Positions 61,886 through 64,000 of a DNA stretch of 64,000 nt are shown piece after piece. A program made the position numbers and the translations under genes. The notes beneath the pieces were generated by a model. That model ran no database searches. It was not told the origin of the DNA and worked only from the letters and a program-made list of their open reading frames with translations. The stretch comes from Rhodospirillales bacterium (GTDB lineage: Bacteria > Pseudomonadota > Alphaproteobacteria > Kiloniellales > JAKSDN01): assembly GCA_965225935.1 (NCBI GenBank), contig CBDDCC010000013.1, forward strand, positions 517,100-581,099. Direction: 5' to 3'. Positions within the stretch are counted from its first letter, which is position 1. Each line of letters starts with the position of its first letter.

Positions 61886-62176
61886 TCACTCGGCACTCTC
61901 CGCCGACGCAATACAGTTGAAGTGCGTAATGACGCCTCCAGCCGCCTCCTCCGAGTGATCGAACTTGGCCATCTTGCCGGCCTTTTCACATTCGTCCTCG
62001 GCGATCTCGGTGGCCGATTGCAGCGCGGAATTGAGGTCCTTGGCGTCCTTCTTGGAAATCGAGATGACGACCTCGTCACCCGTCGAGGTGACGACCTGGC
62101 CCCCAGAGCCCCCGCAAGCGGACAGGCTTAGAGCGGCGGCGATAGCGCAGACTGCGAGTGACGTGGCGCGGAGCAT
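61886..62176 (-). CDS. Small hypothetical lipoprotein
   Basis: Lipobox LSAC, C.K.GK.A motif and a second Cys; GAGGGGGG RBS. Confidence 0.7.
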   Translation of the reverse strand: MLRATSLAVCAIAAALSLSACGGSGGQVVTSTGDEVVISISKKDAKDLNSALQSATEIAEDECEKAGKMAKFDHSEEAAGGVITHFNCIASAESAE

Positions 62177-62524
62177 GTCGGTTCCCCCCTCATTGACCCT
62201 GCGGACCTGGATTTTATGGATGGGCGGCGGCTTGACAATCCATATCTGCCGGACCTGGAAAGGACAGCGGAGCCGCCGCCGCTCAAAATCCCGAAGACCG
62301 CGTCCTCCTCATCCGAGACGGCCGGTTTCCGGCATCCTCTTCCTATCGGCTGCTTTCGATTGCCATCCTCGGCCCGGCGAAAGGCCTTCCGGGACCCCGG
62401 CGAACACCGCTTGCAACCGAATCATGCGGGCAGTAGCGTCCCTTGGCCCGGCGGAACGACTCGATGCGCGCGTAGGGCCTCAAGCGTTGTCTCTAGATCA
62501 TCGGGTTGGTGAGAACACAGATGG

Positions 62525-62923
62525 CTAGTTCTGTTTTCCGGGTTTCTGGGGCAGAACCTTGGCAGACGCACGGGCCAGATCCGTGGACACTTCCTGAGCC
62601 AGTTCCGGATCGAGATGAAACGGAATGCCGGATCTTTCATGTGGATACAGGGTCAATCCCACATGACTGCTCTTTGCGTCGAAGGATATCCGAGCTGTTT
62701 TGGCCACGATCACTGTCACAGGATCTCCTGCGTCCTTGGCCAACTCCGCCTGAGCGGCCAAAAGACGGGCGATGATCTCACGAACCGCCCCTGGCGGGCA
62801 TGAATAGGTCTGCACCGTACCGTCGTGACACTCGAGCTGAAAGACGACGGTGTTCCGGTCTCCGTCGAACCCCGCGAAAGGCATCTTGGAGAGAGGTTTG
62901 GCTTCTACCTTCTTCTCTTTCAT
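62525..62923 (-). CDS. Hypothetical protein
   Basis: 132-aa ORF from MKEKK with GAGGGG RBS; lower GC. Confidence 0.55.
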   Translation of the reverse strand: MKEKKVEAKPLSKMPFAGFDGDRNTVVFQLECHDGTVQTYSCPPGAVREIIARLLAAQAELAKDAGDPVTVIVAKTARISFDAKSSHVGLTLYPHERSGIPFHLDPELAQEVSTDLARASAKVLPQKPGKQN

Positions 62924-63374
62924 GGCTGAATCCCCTCGCTGCTCGGCACCATCGTCCCTGAGCCGGACGACCGACGATCCGTCACCCTGATCTGCGAACT
63001 GCTCCGCCTGCTTGCCGGCGGCACGCGGCGCTTCCCGATCCCCCGACGACATCAGATCCAGGGAAGTCTTGAGATCGTCCCGCCCAGGCGCCTCCCTCAC
63101 GGCTCGTGAGACTGGACTGGGCGTCATAGTGCGGCTCTATGACTCTCTGCCACTTGACCTTGCTTCACGCTTTGCGACTGGACGGCCCGATTCCGATCCC
63201 AGCAATCCATGAAGGATTGTCAGTCTCCACGCGTTCCGGGACGATCCGCAACGACCATCGACGCTCATCACGCGGTGTTCATCGGGCTTGAGCGGGTGTG
63301 AGCGGGACAGACTGTCCCGCCGTCGCGCGTCGCGGCCCAATGGCTTGCTTGCTACGGATGAATAAGAAAGCGAA

Positions 63375-63520
63375 CTATTCTTCCATTGCGAGATGGTTTG
63401 GCGAGCCGCGAAGAAGCCGCGTCCCCATCAAGACCGTCTGGCATGGCGGCCCGGCGGTCAGCGTCCTGGCCAGTAGCGGGCACGTGTGCCACGAGACCCA
63501 ATCCGGCCGACGGCTGCCCT
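63375..63520 (-). pseudogene. Possible decayed C-terminal remnant of a tyrosine recombinase
   Basis: WHTC...A..L.AG....TV.LMG...SPNHL loosely resembles box II (H..RHT...AG...V..LMGH...Y.H..P.HL), but the catalytic residues are absent. Confidence 0.2.
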
Positions 63521-63607
63521 CGGCCAGGGCTGGGCCATCGCCGCCTTCACGGGGGCCGGCACGTCCCGAGCCGGACCAGGTCCAGATGGGTGGAAAGGCG
63601 AGGGGAC

Positions 63608-64000
63608 TTACCCGCCGGTCACGCTCATGTGGCGACCGACGGCGGGGCCGCGGCGGCGGCGGTCGATGACGAAGTCGTGGCCTTTGGGCTTGCGGGCGAT
63701 GGCCTCGCGGATGGCCGCCTGGAGCAGCTCGTCGTCGTCGCTTCTGCGCAGCGGCGTGCGCAGGTCGGCAGCGTCCTCCTGGCCGAGGCACATGTAGAGA
63801 GTACCGGTGCAGGTCAGGCGCACCCGGTTGCAGCTCTCGCAGAAGTTATGGGTGAGCGGCGTGATGAAGCCGATGCGGCCGCCGGTCTCGGCGACCCGCC
63901 AGTAGCGGGCCGGCCCGCCGCTGCGGTAGTCGATCTCCTCGAGCGTCCAGCTCTCGGCCAGCTTGGCGCGCACCATGGAGAGCGGCAGGTACTGCTCCAG
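63608..64000 (-). CDS. moaA: GTP 3',8-cyclase MoaA (3' part; start outside window)
   Basis: [28 protein letters not shown] and terminal MSVTGG. Confidence 0.95.
   Translation of the reverse strand: MEQYLPLSMVRAKLAESWTLEEIDYRSGGPARYWRVAETGGRIGFITPLTHNFCESCNRVRLTCTGTLYMCLGQEDAADLRTPLRRSDDDELLQAAIREAIARKPKGHDFVIDRRRRGPAVGRHMSVTGG

Overview
High-GC alphaproteobacterial chromosome segment. Gene content and order look Rhodospirillales-like, but that is inference. The housekeeping backbone comprises thyX (partial), grxD-bolA-purL-purQ-purS-purC, the ATP synthase zeta subunit, purB, radC-map-sfsA-cinA-like, yciB/ispZ, tRNA-Leu(TAA), bioY, NAD kinase and moaA (partial). Many single accessory genes are interspersed: transporters, LysR/MarR/CGNR regulators, two class III cyclases, VOC/GFA proteins and a TMADH-like flavoprotein. 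No CRISPR array, rRNA or intact transposase/integrase was seen. The most striking item is a stand-alone FtsZ (28336-30192, minus) outside any dcw cluster. It has an intact GTPase core and a Pro/Glu linker with a PopZ-like 'DVLELTDP' motif, Sel1 repeats replace the usual C-terminal FtsA-binding peptide, and a perfect CtrA box plus clustered CcrM (GANTC) sites lie upstream. Other notable items: an AAA ATPase with a ~550-aa acidic repeat tail, one palindromic MITE-like element nested inside another (53553-54092), a lower-GC cyclase gene bracketed by degenerate direct repeats, an orphan encapsulin-cargo ferritin, a hidden c-type cytochrome ORF, and several readable operator pairs. All product calls come from motif recognition by eye; no database searches were run.
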